From assembly GCA_013697005.1 (NCBI GenBank), contig JACCXM010000103.1:1-63049 (forward strand): 63,049 nt of DNA. The letters run 5' to 3'. The notes under the pieces were generated by a model, which did not search any database, had not been told where the DNA came from, and saw only the letters and a list, made by a program, of their open reading frames with translations. Numbering within the stretch: position 1 is the stretch's first letter; every line of letters starts with the position of its first letter. The stretch comes from Chloroflexia bacterium (GTDB lineage: Bacteria; Chloroflexota; Chloroflexia; Thermomicrobiales; UBA6265). Position numbers and translations under genes: made by a program. Positions 26,560 to 36,488 of this stretch are shown here, piece after piece.

Positions 26560-28062
26560 GTGCGACGGGCAGGATCCGCTTTGGTCGATCAGAACGGTCA
26601 GAAATCCCCGGTCGCGAGCGGGTATGAAGCCGTCATCGGGCTTGAAGTCCACGCGCAATTGCTGACCCAATCCAAGATGTTTTGCGGCTGCTCGGCTCGC
26701 TACGCCGACGCGGCTCCGAATACGCTGGTCTGCGTTGTTTGTGGAGGGTTTCCGGGCGCGTTGCCGGTGCTGAACCAGGCCGCGGTCGAGGCGGCGATTG
26801 TCACTGGGCTTGCACTCAATTGTGACATACCACGTTTCAGTAAGCTCGATCGCAAGAACTATTTCTACCCGGATTTACCCAAGGGCTACCAGATTTCCCA
26901 ATATGACATGCCATTGGCCGTTGACGGTCATTTGGAATTCGCTTCCGGAGGTCAGACCCGGCGCGCCAGAATAACTCGCGTTCATGTCGAGGAGGACACC
27001 GGCCGACTGGTGCATCGGACTGAAGCGAACGGCTCGCGCGTAAGTCTCATTGACCTGAACCGCTCCGGAGTCCCGTTGATGGAGATTGTCGGTGAGCCCG
27101 ATCTCCGGTCGCCCGAGGAAGCCCGCGATTATCTAACCGCCTTGCGTCAAATTTTGCGCTATATCGGCGTGTCCACTGGCAACATGGAAGAAGGCGCGTT
27201 CCGTTGTGATGCCAATGTCTCTGTTCGCGAGCGAGGTGGACCATTGGGCGCCAAGGTCGAAGTCAAGAACATGAATTCGTTCCGAGCTGTCGAACGGGCG
27301 CTGCGGTTCGAGCAGGAGCGCCAGACCGAGGCACTGCAAACGGGACAACGGATCGAGCAGGAAACGCGCGGTTGGATCGAGGATCGTGGCGTTACCATGT
27401 CGCAACGGACGAAAGAGCAGGCCCACGACTATCGGTATTTTCCGGAACCAGATCTCCCGCCGCTGATCGTGTCCGAAGAAACGGTTTCTGGATTGACATC
27501 TCGCTTACCGGAGATGCCGGCGCAACGCCGGGCGCGGTTTGCCCAGCAATACGGGCTGGCCGAATCTGAATCGATGCAGCTCACCGCGGAACGCACGGTG
27601 GCCGACTTCTTTGAGACCGTTGCCCAGAGCGACGGGGTCGATCGCCCGAGCAGCGCGGCGAATTGGATCGTCAACGATCTCACGGGACTGCAGCGCTCGC
27701 GCGGTTTGGCTCCGGACCGACTTCCGCTCTCGGCACGACAGTTGCAAGACCTCCTCGACGCACTCGAACAAAGTCGCGTGACTGTTCGTGCCGCAAAGGA
27801 GCTACTTCCCCAGATTCGTGAAGGCGAGGCTGTCATGATGGCCGCCGCGAGGCTGAATCTGCTCGTGCTCGATGCGGCAGGGGAGATTCGAGATGCCGTG
27901 GTTGCAACGATCGCCGCGTTCCCGGCCGCGGTGGCCGACTATCAAGGTGGTAAGCACGCCGCCATTGGCCGGTTGATTGGCGAAACCATGCGTCGCACCG
28001 ACGGTCGCGCCGACCCGGAGGAGGTACGCCGGGTGTTGGAAGAGGAGCTGATTCGCGGGTAA
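26560..28062 (+). CDS. gatB: Asp-tRNA(Asn)/Glu-tRNA(Gln) amidotransferase subunit B
   Basis: [53 protein letters not shown]. Confidence 0.95.
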   Translation: MRRAGSALVDQNGQKSPVASGYEAVIGLEVHAQLLTQSKMFCGCSARYADAAPNTLVCVVCGGFPGALPVLNQAAVEAAIVTGLALNCDIPRFSKLDRKNYFYPDLPKGYQISQYDMPLAVDGHLEFASGGQTRRARITRVHVEEDTGRLVHRTEANGSRVSLIDLNRSGVPLMEIVGEPDLRSPEEARDYLTALRQILRYIGVSTGNMEEGAFRCDANVSVRERGGPLGAKVEVKNMNSFRAVERALRFEQERQTEALQTGQRIEQETRGWIEDRGVTMSQRTKEQAHDYRYFPEPDLPPLIVSEETVSGLTSRLPEMPAQRRARFAQQYGLAESESMQLTAERTVADFFETVAQSDGVDRPSSAANWIVNDLTGLQRSRGLAPDRLPLSARQLQDLLDALEQSRVTVRAAKELLPQIREGEAVMMAAARLNLLVLDAAGEIRDAVVATIAAFPAAVADYQGGKHAAIGRLIGETMRRTDGRADPEEVRRVLEEELIRG

Positions 28063-28138
28063 CTCGATGGCAGTCCCCGCCATAAGCTCATGACTTGACG
28101 TTGCGCAACGAAGCGCAATGCCTTCAGAGGGGGTTTTC

Positions 28139-29443
28139 ATGCAATTGAAACAGGCAGAAGCGGTTGCGAATCTCTCCGCGCCGATCGACGGCATCGACGA
28201 GGATCGCGATCTCTTTCAGGTCGCCGTCGAGCAGTTTGCGATCGCGGCAGATGTCCTGGGTCTCGATGATGACATGCGCGAGATTCTGAGCCATTGCCAG
28301 CGCGAGCTGATCGTGAACTTTCCGGTGGAGATGGACGACGGCTCAGTGGATGTTTTCACGGGCTACCGTGTCCAGCACAACAGCGGTCCAGGACCGACAA
28401 AGGGGGGCATTCGCTATCACCAGAGCGTCACCTTGTCGGAGGTCAAGGCGCTGGCAATGTGGATGACCTGGAAATGCGCCGTCGTGGGACTGCCGTATGG
28501 TGGCGCCAAGGGCGGAGTTCAGGTCAACCCCAAACTGCTCTCGCAGGCCGAGCTGCAGAACTTGACCCGACGATACACCACGGAGATCCAGCCATTCATC
28601 GGTCCGAATCAGGACATCCCAGCGCCGGACGTCAATACGAATCCGCAAATCATGGCCTGGTTGATGGACACGTACTCGATGAACATTGGGTACTCCGTTC
28701 CGGGAGTGACAACAGGAAAACCGATAGTGCTCGGTGGATCGGAAGGCCGGAGTGAAGCAACTGGCCGGGGCTGCGTGTTCACCATTGAGAACACCGCTCG
28801 TGTCTTGGGTCTGGACCTGGCCAAAGCACGTACGGTAGTGCAAGGATTCGGGAACGCTGGCTCGGTCGCCGCGCGTCTGATGGCTGAACTTGGTTCGCCG
28901 GTTGTTGCGGTCAGTGATTCCCGCGGCGGGGTATACAACCCGGATGGGCTCGACCTGACAGGAGTCAATGCACATAAACTGCGCACGGGCACCGTGGTTG
29001 GATTCAGTGAAGCGGAAAGCATCACAAACGAAGAAGTCCTGGTCCTGCCAACCGAGGTCCTCATCCCGGCTGCACTCGAGAATCAGATTACCGCGGACAA
29101 TGCCGGAATGATCCAGGCGCAAGTCATAGCAGAAGCCGCCAATGGCCCGACGACGCCAGAGGCCGACCACATCCTGTACGATCGTGGAATTTTCGTCATC
29201 CCCGATATTCTCGCCAATGCGGGCGGGGTCACGGTGTCATATTTCGAGTGGGTTCAGGCGTTGCAAGCGTTCCCTTGGACGGAACACGAAGTCAATGAGC
29301 GGCTGCGGCAGATCATGAACCGATCATTTGAGGCTGTGTACGGGACATCCACCAATTACGCGGTCCATATGCGAACAGCGGCGCTGGTCCGCGCCATCGA
29401 TCGGGTCGCGGAGTTCACCCGGTTGCGAGGGATCTACCCATAA
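28139..29443 (+). CDS. gdhA: Glutamate dehydrogenase (Glu/Leu/Phe/Val dehydrogenase family)
   Basis: GPTKGGIRYH, KALAMWMTWKCAVVGLPYGGAKGG, GFGNAGS. ATG 28139 has a GAGGGGG RBS; the track start at 28118 is the alternative. Confidence 0.9.
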   Translation: MQLKQAEAVANLSAPIDGIDEDRDLFQVAVEQFAIAADVLGLDDDMREILSHCQRELIVNFPVEMDDGSVDVFTGYRVQHNSGPGPTKGGIRYHQSVTLSEVKALAMWMTWKCAVVGLPYGGAKGGVQVNPKLLSQAELQNLTRRYTTEIQPFIGPNQDIPAPDVNTNPQIMAWLMDTYSMNIGYSVPGVTTGKPIVLGGSEGRSEATGRGCVFTIENTARVLGLDLAKARTVVQGFGNAGSVAARLMAELGSPVVAVSDSRGGVYNPDGLDLTGVNAHKLRTGTVVGFSEAESITNEEVLVLPTEVLIPAALENQITADNAGMIQAQVIAEAANGPTTPEADHILYDRGIFVIPDILANAGGVTVSYFEWVQALQAFPWTEHEVNERLRQIMNRSFEAVYGTSTNYAVHMRTAALVRAIDRVAEFTRLRGIYP

Positions 29444-29464
29444 ACTCTCACGTTGTAGGGACAA

Positions 29465-30856
29465 ATGGAACCGTTGCACCAAACTGATGGGGAGGCGCGA
29501 GGATTGCGCCGCTCATTTTGGCCTGTCCTGTTTGTCGTCTCGGTCGCTGCGTTGATCTGCATTGTGAGTTTTGGGGCAGGGATCGTCGCTGAACGGAGCC
29601 TCTTCAGCGGGCGATCGCGTGGTTCGGACTCATTGTTTGGTGATGCAAATGTAGGTGGCAGCACCGCGTCGAATACGGCCTTTCCACGCCAGGCTGAGCT
29701 TCGCACGCTCATCGAGGACGAGTATTTCTTCTTGCCGGCGTCACCAGAGGCCAGGGCAACGTTCTGGGCAGACCTGGAGGAGGGCGCCGTGGCAGGCATG
29801 GCGGCAGTCGCGGCCACCCCGGTGGCGACCATGGATGGCTACCGGCGCGGGCTCGATTATGCTGCGGCGCGAGGAATAACCGAAGCCTTGGGCGACGATT
29901 ACACGATCTTCCTGGAACCACTCGTCGGCCAACCCCTGCGAGAGGAGCTGGCCGGGCAGTATGAAGGAATCGGCATTTGGGTCGAGCAACCGGAGGGGGA
30001 GATGACGATCATCGCCCCGATCGTTGGCTCCCCTGCCGCGCGCGCAGACTTGCGCCCCGGCGATGTGATTCTTGCCGCCGATGGCCACACTCTCACCGGC
30101 CTCCAGAACGATGCCGCAATGTCGCTGATCCGCGGTCCTGCCGGGACGCCGGTGCGTCTCACTCTGCGCCGGTCCGGCGTTGTGGGGCCATTCGACGTCA
30201 TTGTCGACAGAGAGGCAATCGTTGTTCCGGCTGTCGTCTATGAGCCGCTGGCCGATGGCAGAGTGGCGCGTATCACTGCGGGAATTTTTGGTGACAACAC
30301 CACCCGGGAGCTCGACCAGGCCCTTGCTCGCGCCAAGAACGACAAAGTCATCGGCATCATTCTCGATCTGCGGGGGAATGGTGGCGGCTGGGTCACGAGC
30401 GCCCAGGAGATGATTGGCAGGTTCGTGCCGGCGGATGTAGGGCCAGCCCTTTATCAGGATCTCGATCTCGACGATGGCGACGACTTGATAGCGGAGCTAA
30501 TCGTCAGCGACGGCGAAACAGTTTTCGAAACACCGCTCGTGGTTCTGGTCGACGGAGGCACCGCTAGCGCGGCGGAGATCGTCGCGGGGGCAATTCATGA
30601 TTACGATCGAGGGGTGCTGGTTGGTGAGCCTACTTTCGGCAAAGGGCTCGTGCAACGCGTCCATGATTTTGATGACGGCTCATCGGCGCGCATCACGTTT
30701 GCCCGCTGGTTGACCCCAAGCCAGACCCCGATCCCCGTTGAGGGACTGGCGCCCGATATCGTCGTGACCGTTCCGGCTGAAGCGGCAGGGGACCCGCAAC
30801 TCGAACGGGCCTTGGACGTTTTGCTTGGGGATTTGGCAACCCCGTCACCGGAGTAA
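29465..30856 (+). CDS. S41 family C-terminal processing peptidase with PDZ domain
   Basis: N-terminal TM, PDZ (GDVILAADGHTL), LDLRGNGGGWV, GGTASAAEIVAGAIHDYDRGVLVGEPTFGKGLVQ. Confidence 0.9.
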   Translation: MEPLHQTDGEARGLRRSFWPVLFVVSVAALICIVSFGAGIVAERSLFSGRSRGSDSLFGDANVGGSTASNTAFPRQAELRTLIEDEYFFLPASPEARATFWADLEEGAVAGMAAVAATPVATMDGYRRGLDYAAARGITEALGDDYTIFLEPLVGQPLREELAGQYEGIGIWVEQPEGEMTIIAPIVGSPAARADLRPGDVILAADGHTLTGLQNDAAMSLIRGPAGTPVRLTLRRSGVVGPFDVIVDREAIVVPAVVYEPLADGRVARITAGIFGDNTTRELDQALARAKNDKVIGIILDLRGNGGGWVTSAQEMIGRFVPADVGPALYQDLDLDDGDDLIAELIVSDGETVFETPLVVLVDGGTASAAEIVAGAIHDYDRGVLVGEPTFGKGLVQRVHDFDDGSSARITFARWLTPSQTPIPVEGLAPDIVVTVPAEAAGDPQLERALDVLLGDLATPSPE

Positions 30857-30859
30857 GTC

Positions 30860-30880
30860 CATTTCGAGCTCAGCGAAATG
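30860..30880 (+). terminator. Possible intrinsic terminator after the S41 peptidase gene
   Basis: CATTTCG-agctcag-CGAAATG (7-bp stem) starts 4 nt after the TAA and is followed by CTTTCC. The U-tract is weak. Confidence 0.35.
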
Positions 30881-30891
30881 CTTTCCAAGAT

Positions 30892-30919
30892 TTAACAGGG
30901 CGGTTTCCGTCCGTTAACA
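30892..30919 (+). promoter_or_regulatory. Two TTAACA hexamers 22 bp apart (candidate PhoP/PhoB-type boxes) upstream of the phoB-like regulator
   Basis: TTAACA at 30892-30897 and 30914-30919, with a weak TTTCCG at the intermediate 11-bp register. The second box ends only 16 nt before ATG 30936. Confidence 0.25.
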
Positions 30920-30935
30920 CACGCGACGTTACCGT

Positions 30936-31733
30936 ATGCGCGTGATGCAAGAGACGCCGCTGAAGCAGCCGACCCCAGCTCCCGCCCGTATTCATCACTA
31001 TGATGCTGACCAAGCGACGGTGCTGCTTGTTGAAGATGATCCAGTTCTCCGCAGCACACTCGCATACAACCTCTCTCGTGAGGGATTTCGGGTGCTGACC
31101 GCTGGTGATGGCGAATCCGGTCTGCAACTGGCCAGACACGAGCTCGATCGACTCGATGTTGTCGTACTCGATGTAATGCTACCGGGCATCAGCGGATTTC
31201 AGGTGCTCCGCGCCTTACGCGCCAAAACAGATATTCCGATTCTCTTGTTGTCCGCGCGGGGAGAGGAGCAGGACCGGATCGATGGTCTGGAGCTCGGTGC
31301 TGACGATTACGTGGTGAAGCCGTTCGCCCTGCGCGAACTCATGGCGCGCGTGCGCGAAGGGGTGAGACGACGGGCGGTGCCCGCCGCGCAACCGCCGACG
31401 GTGTTGTACCGGGGTCCTTTGCGCGTCGAGATCGATCGCCGTCAGGTTATGGTCAACGGCACCCCGGTGCCGCTACGGCCCAAAGAATACGGGTTATTGC
31501 TCACGCTCACGTTCGAGCCAGGACGGGTCTTCAGCCGTCAGAACTTACTCGACGCGGTCTGGGGGGAAGATGTGATCGTTGATGAGCGCACCGTGGACGT
31601 TCATATCTCGTGGTTACGCGGCAAGCTGGCGTGTGCCGGACTGGACGCGGCCGCGATTTGCACGGTGTACGGCGTGGGTTATCGATTCGTCGTACCCGAG
31701 GTGCAGGAATCGATCGTTCTCGGGTCAAATTGA
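30936..31733 (+). CDS. OmpR/PhoB-family response regulator (receiver + winged-helix DNA-binding domain)
   Basis: VLLVEDD, VVVLDVMLPGISG, ILLLSAR, DDYVVKPF, C-terminal VDVHISWLRGKL...YGVGYRF. It lies directly upstream of pstS. Confidence 0.9.
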   Translation: MRVMQETPLKQPTPAPARIHHYDADQATVLLVEDDPVLRSTLAYNLSREGFRVLTAGDGESGLQLARHELDRLDVVVLDVMLPGISGFQVLRALRAKTDIPILLLSARGEEQDRIDGLELGADDYVVKPFALRELMARVREGVRRRAVPAAQPPTVLYRGPLRVEIDRRQVMVNGTPVPLRPKEYGLLLTLTFEPGRVFSRQNLLDAVWGEDVIVDERTVDVHISWLRGKLACAGLDAAAICTVYGVGYRFVVPEVQESIVLGSN

Positions 31734-31800
31734 CCTGGTGGTGCGATTGCGGCCGGCGGCGCGCCGGACGCGGTGCAAAAAGCGAAGGGAGTTGCAGAAC

Positions 31801-32808
31801 ATGTCGAAACGAGGGGTCGGTTCAATCATTCGGGGCGGATGTGTAGGACTTGCGATCACGAGCGCGGTTCTTTTGAGTTCATCGCCCACACTCGCGCAGG
31901 AAACGGATCTGAGCCCGCTGAGTGGCGAAATTGTGTCCGATGGTTCCTCGACCGTGGGTCCCTTGACCCAAGCCGTGGCCGAGGAGTTCAATGCACTTGC
32001 GCCGAACGTCCAGAGTAGCGTCGATATCTCGGGGACCGGTGGCGGTTTCGAGCGATTTTGCGCGGGCGAGACCGACGTGCAGAATGCGTCGCGTCCAATA
32101 GACGAGGAAGAAATCGCCCTCTGCGCGGACAACGGTGTCGATTGGTATGAGTTCGAAGTCGCCTATGACGGACTCACGGTGGTGACGAATCCGGAAAGTA
32201 CGTTCCTCGAGTGCCTTTCGATCGATCAACTCAGGACCATCTGGCAGGGCGAAGGTGGCGCTCAGACCTGGGCGGACGTCAATCCGGAATGGCCCGCTGA
32301 GACGATCAACCTCTACGGTCCAGGGACCGACTCTGGCACCTTCGACTACTTTGTCGAGACGATTCTTGGCGACGATGAAATTCGACAGGATTTCACCCCC
32401 AGCGAGGACGACAATGTACTTGTCGAGGGTGTTTCGGGTGATGCGAACTCGCTGGGATATTTCGGGGCTGCCTATTACCAGGAGAATCAGGACATTCTCA
32501 AGGCAGTGGCGATCGACGCTGGAGACGGAAACTGCGTCGTGCCGACTCCAGAGTCGATCCAGGACGGCACTTACGCGCCATTGTCCCGGCCATTGTTCGT
32601 CTATGTGAAGGCGGCTTCACTGGAGCGGCCCGAGGTCGCTGAATTCATGCGGTTTTATCTCAACGAGGCCTCCACGTTGGCCTCTGACGTCGGTTACGTT
32701 GCGTCCCCAGCGGAGGTTTACACTACCGATTTAGAGAATTTCGAGAGCGCAGTGGCGGGTACTGGCACGCCGGACAGCGCAGCTGTTGCCGGGACGCCAG
32801 AGGCGTAG
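31801..32808 (+). CDS. pstS: Phosphate ABC transporter substrate-binding protein PstS
   Basis: Signal peptide MSKRGVGSIIRGGCVGLAITSAVLLSSSPTLAQ, GSSTVGPL, SGTGGGFERF, NASRPI. ATG 31801 has an AAGGGAG RBS. The track ORF start at 31579 overlaps the regulator gene. Confidence 0.9.
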   Translation: MSKRGVGSIIRGGCVGLAITSAVLLSSSPTLAQETDLSPLSGEIVSDGSSTVGPLTQAVAEEFNALAPNVQSSVDISGTGGGFERFCAGETDVQNASRPIDEEEIALCADNGVDWYEFEVAYDGLTVVTNPESTFLECLSIDQLRTIWQGEGGAQTWADVNPEWPAETINLYGPGTDSGTFDYFVETILGDDEIRQDFTPSEDDNVLVEGVSGDANSLGYFGAAYYQENQDILKAVAIDAGDGNCVVPTPESIQDGTYAPLSRPLFVYVKAASLERPEVAEFMRFYLNEASTLASDVGYVASPAEVYTTDLENFESAVAGTGTPDSAAVAGTPEA

Positions 32809-32845
32809 TTGATCCCAGCGCTGGCTTGGCTGAGCCCGCCCGGCC

Positions 32846-32877
32846 GGCTCGTGAAGACGCAGTCGTTTTCACGAGCC
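32846..32877 (+). promoter_or_regulatory. Strong intercistronic hairpin between pstS and pstC
   Basis: GGCTCGTGAAGAC-gca-GTC(gtt)TTCACGAGCC: 13 bp of pairing with a 3-nt bulge and no U-tract. Confidence 0.5.
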
Positions 32878-32957
32878 GACCAGAAACGGCAGTCCCAGGC
32901 AGGTATTCCGAGTCGGACTTCGACGAGAGCAAGGCCACCAGAACGAGGGGGAAAGAC

Positions 32958-33983
32958 TTGGGGCCTTCAGGCGACACCATCCCGGCGAATCGAGAGCACG
33001 AATTCGGCGAAATCCCGGGCTCCGCAACCGGGCGAGGTATCGCGCCGATCACGGCACTTGGCGGCCGGGCTCCGGTCAATCTCGATCTCTCCGGGCATAA
33101 GTCGCGCGGGATGCAAGAGAGAATCGTCGGCGTCCTCTTGTGGATTTGCGGTGCTCTCTCGCTGTTGACGACCGCCGGAATCATCTTCGTGCTTTTCCAG
33201 CAGGCGTTTGTTTTCTTTCAGCAAATTCCGATAACCGACTTCCTGTTTGGAACCACGTGGACAGCGTTGTTCAAAACGCCGCTGTACGGAGTGTTGCCAT
33301 TGGTAAGCGGTACGTTGATGATTACCTTGATTGCGATGCTCGTGGCAATCCCGTTGGGACTTATGAGCGCCATTTATCTGAGCGAATATGCGCCGAACCG
33401 AGCGCGAGAGATCCTCAAACCCGCACTCGAACTCCTCGCTGGGATTCCGACTATTGTGTACGGCTTTTTCGCTGTCACGTTCATACGACCTGATATTCTG
33501 GTCAAAATCTTCCCCGGTATCGGTCCCTTTAGTGCCCTTTCCGCTGGAGTCGCCGTCGGTATTCTGACCATTCCGCTGGTTGCATCACTGAGTGAAGACT
33601 CGATGCGTGCGGTCCCGCGAGCACTACGCGAAGGCGGCTATGCATTGGGCGCCACAAAACTCGAGGTTTCTTGGCAAATCGTCGTCCCCGCCGCGATTTC
33701 AGGCATCATTGCCTCCTTCATTCTGGCGATGTCGCGAGCTGTCGGCGAGACGATGATCGTGGCGCTTGCTGCCGGCTCCAAGGCACAACTGACCGGAAAT
33801 CCGCTCGAACCGATGCAAACGATGACGGGATTCATCGTCCAGGCGTTTTCAGGCGATATGGTGGTGGGAACGCCACCGTATCTGTCACTGTTCGCCGTCG
33901 GGTTGCTTCTGTTTTTCATCACGCTGGCGCTTAATCTGATCAGCCAGAAAGTGGTCGGCCGGTTTCGGGAGGCATACGAATGA
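32958..33983 (+). CDS. pstC: Phosphate ABC transporter permease PstC
   Basis: Multi-TM body with the EAA-like region [27 protein letters not shown] 32958 is preceded by GAGGGGGA. The track start at 32826 and ATG 33111 are alternatives. Confidence 0.85.
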   Translation: MGPSGDTIPANREHEFGEIPGSATGRGIAPITALGGRAPVNLDLSGHKSRGMQERIVGVLLWICGALSLLTTAGIIFVLFQQAFVFFQQIPITDFLFGTTWTALFKTPLYGVLPLVSGTLMITLIAMLVAIPLGLMSAIYLSEYAPNRAREILKPALELLAGIPTIVYGFFAVTFIRPDILVKIFPGIGPFSALSAGVAVGILTIPLVASLSEDSMRAVPRALREGGYALGATKLEVSWQIVVPAAISGIIASFILAMSRAVGETMIVALAAGSKAQLTGNPLEPMQTMTGFIVQAFSGDMVVGTPPYLSLFAVGLLLFFITLALNLISQKVVGRFREAYE

Positions 33984-34894
33984 GCTCGCCGACGATGTTC
34001 GGTCCGCGTGCGGCGGTGCTGCCGAGGACCGCTGGGTCTTCCAATGTCAACGGGCGAAAAACGAAGGCGGCGATCATTCAAGGCATCCTCTTCGTCGCGA
34101 CGGCTTTTGCAATCCTGGTGCTTGCTGCTCTGATTTGGGACATCACCTCGGCCGGAGTGACCTGGTTGTCACTCGACCTACTTACCAACACGTCATCACG
34201 ACGTGCGGAAAATGCCGGCCTGCGCCCGGCGTTGCTGGGAACCCTGTGGTTGATCGGGTTGACCGCGGTTTTCGCGTTTCCAGTCGGAATTGGCGCCGCG
34301 GTGTATCTGGAGGAATACGCGCCAGTCAATCGCTGGACCCGTCTGCTCAAGACTAATATTTCCAACTTGGCGGGCGTGCCATCAGTCGTCTACGGTCTGC
34401 TTGGTCTGGGAGTGTTCGTTAGCTTGTTTGCGGCCGGGCGGACCATCGTTTCAGGCGCGCTGACGATGGCGTTATTGATTCTGCCGGTGATCATCATCGC
34501 CAGCCAGGAAGCGATCCGAGCGGTTCCGCCGTCTTTGCGACAGGCGGCGTTCGCTTTGGGCGCGACGCGCTGGCAGGTGGCCCGCGACCATGTTATTCCC
34601 ACGGCAATGCCGGGCATTTTGACCGGGATCATCCTCTCGATCTCGCGGGCAATTGGCGAAACGGCGCCGTTGCTGGTAGTTGGCGCGGCCGCGTACGTCA
34701 CGTTCAATCCTACGGGATTGACGAGTAGGTACACTGTTTTGCCGATGCAGATTTACGAGTGGGCACGACGCCCGCAGCAGGATTTCCAGGATCTGGCGGC
34801 GGCGGCCATCATCGTCCTCCTTGCACTCCTGCTGATGCTCAATGCCATTGCCATCTACTTGCGGCAACGGTTCAGCAAACGCGTGAACTGGTAG
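33980..34894 (+). CDS. pstA: Phosphate ABC transporter permease PstA
   Basis: ATGA overlap with pstC; [25 protein letters not shown] and 6 TM segments. Confidence 0.9.
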   Translation: MSSPTMFGPRAAVLPRTAGSSNVNGRKTKAAIIQGILFVATAFAILVLAALIWDITSAGVTWLSLDLLTNTSSRRAENAGLRPALLGTLWLIGLTAVFAFPVGIGAAVYLEEYAPVNRWTRLLKTNISNLAGVPSVVYGLLGLGVFVSLFAAGRTIVSGALTMALLILPVIIIASQEAIRAVPPSLRQAAFALGATRWQVARDHVIPTAMPGILTGIILSISRAIGETAPLLVVGAAAYVTFNPTGLTSRYTVLPMQIYEWARRPQQDFQDLAAAAIIVLLALLLMLNAIAIYLRQRFSKRVNW

Positions 34895-34946
34895 CCAACT
34901 TCCAGATTCAACGCGATGTAGGCGAAGCGCAAACCAGAGGACGGCG

Positions 34947-35759
34947 ATGAACTCCGCAATCGAGCAAGTGGGGACTCCGAATGCGGCGGCTGACGTAGAT
35001 GTCATAGTCAGTATTCGCGATCTCAATGTGTTCTACGGCAAGTTTCACGCCGTGGGCAACGTGTCCTTCGACGTGCCCAAAAATCAGATTACCGCGTTGA
35101 TAGGACCCTCAGGCTGTGGCAAAAGCACGGTCCTGCGCTGCATCAACCGCATGAACGATCTTATTCCGGAGGCGCGTGTCGAGGGGCGCATCGAGTACCA
35201 CGAAACCGATATTAACTCCTCGAACGTCGATCCGGTTGAAGTCCGCCGGCACGTCGGCATGGTGTTTCAAAAACCCAACCCATTTCCGAAATCGATCTAC
35301 GAGAACATCTCCTGGGGCGCACAGATCAACGGCCATAAGGGTAACTACGACGAGTTAGTCGAACGCTGTTTGCGCCAAGCCGCCCTTTGGGATGAAGTAA
35401 AAGATAAATTGCAAGAGAGTGGACTCGCGCTGTCCGGAGGACAGCAACAACGACTCTGTATCGCTCGCACGCTCGCCATCAATCCCGACGTGATTCTAAT
35501 GGACGAGCCATGCAGCGCTCTGGATCCGATTTCCACGCTGCGGATCGAAGACCTGATGCGAGAGTTGGAGCGCCAGTACACGATTGTGATCGTGACGCAC
35601 AACATGCAACAAGCAGCGCGCGTATCGGATCAGACCGTGTTTTTCTCGCTCGGTGAGAATCGCATGGGTGTGTTGGTCGAAGCGTCCCAAACTCGGCAAC
35701 TTTTCACGAATCCGAATGACCAGCGAACTGAGGACTACATCACTGGCCGGTTTGGCTAG
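34947..35759 (+). CDS. pstB: Phosphate ABC transporter ATP-binding protein PstB
   Basis: Walker [10 protein letters not shown], signature [13 protein letters not shown], Walker [12 protein letters not shown]. Confidence 0.95.
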   Translation: MNSAIEQVGTPNAAADVDVIVSIRDLNVFYGKFHAVGNVSFDVPKNQITALIGPSGCGKSTVLRCINRMNDLIPEARVEGRIEYHETDINSSNVDPVEVRRHVGMVFQKPNPFPKSIYENISWGAQINGHKGNYDELVERCLRQAALWDEVKDKLQESGLALSGGQQQRLCIARTLAINPDVILMDEPCSALDPISTLRIEDLMRELERQYTIVIVTHNMQQAARVSDQTVFFSLGENRMGVLVEASQTRQLFTNPNDQRTEDYITGRFG

Positions 35760-35810
35760 ATCAGCGCTTCCGGGCACAGCTCGGAATTGAGATATCAGTG
35801 GGGATCAGCC

Positions 35811-36476
35811 ATGGTTCGCTATGAATACACGCAGGATCTCGAAAATCTGCGCGGCGCCGTCGTAGCGATGTCGAGCATGGTCGACAAGGCAATCACCCGT
35901 TCGATCGAGGCATTGATCCGTCAGGACGTTCGCATCGCCGAAGAGGTCATGGTCGCCGATCGCGCGGTCAACGATCAACGCTGGTCAATCGAGGAAGACG
36001 CCCTGCGCATTATTGCGACGCAGGCGCCGATGGCTGGCGATCTGCGCAGCATTGCGGCCGCCATTCACATTGTCACTGATCTTGAACGGATGGGAGACCA
36101 TGCCGCGGGTATCGCCAAGATCGTCCTCGCAACAGCGAATGAACCGCTCCTCAAACCGCTGGTCGATATTCCTCGGATGGCGGAAATCTCACGAGGGATG
36201 CTCAATGATGCGATCACCTCGTACATCGAGGCCGATGCCGACGCGGCGCGGCGAATCGCCATCAAAGACGATGAAGTTGACGCGCTTTACGAGCAGATTT
36301 ACCGGGAGCTGCTCACCTACATGATGGCCGATCCTTCGACGATCAACCGGGCAACGCATTTACTCTGGGTGGCCCACAATCTCGAACGGGTCGCGGATCG
36401 AGTCACGAACATTTGTGAGAGAGTGGTGTTCTCGGAGACGGGCGAATTGACAGAAATCAATGTTTCGACGTACTGA
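35811..36476 (+). CDS. phoU: Phosphate signalling complex protein PhoU
   Basis: Two PhoU repeats (DRAVNDQRWSIEEDALRIIATQAPMAGDLR and DDEVDALYEQIYRELLTYM...HNLERVADRVTNICE). ATG 35811 has a GGGGA RBS. Confidence 0.9.
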   Translation: MVRYEYTQDLENLRGAVVAMSSMVDKAITRSIEALIRQDVRIAEEVMVADRAVNDQRWSIEEDALRIIATQAPMAGDLRSIAAAIHIVTDLERMGDHAAGIAKIVLATANEPLLKPLVDIPRMAEISRGMLNDAITSYIEADADAARRIAIKDDEVDALYEQIYRELLTYMMADPSTINRATHLLWVAHNLERVADRVTNICERVVFSETGELTEINVSTY

Positions 36477-36488
36477 TTCGCGGTGGAA

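Noticed and set aside
28343-29170. 275-aa minus-strand ORF. Similar long antisense ORFs lie within the helicase gene (7819..8649), the pst genes and the nuoG gene.
   Set aside because: These are shadow ORFs opposite strongly supported genes. Such ORFs are expected at this GC content.
31745-31765. GC-only hairpin CCGGCG-gcg-CGCCGG between the regulator gene and pstS, considered as a terminator.
   Set aside because: The stem is only 6 bp and there is no U-tract. It lies about 40 nt before the pstS RBS, so it is insufficient to call a terminator or attenuator.
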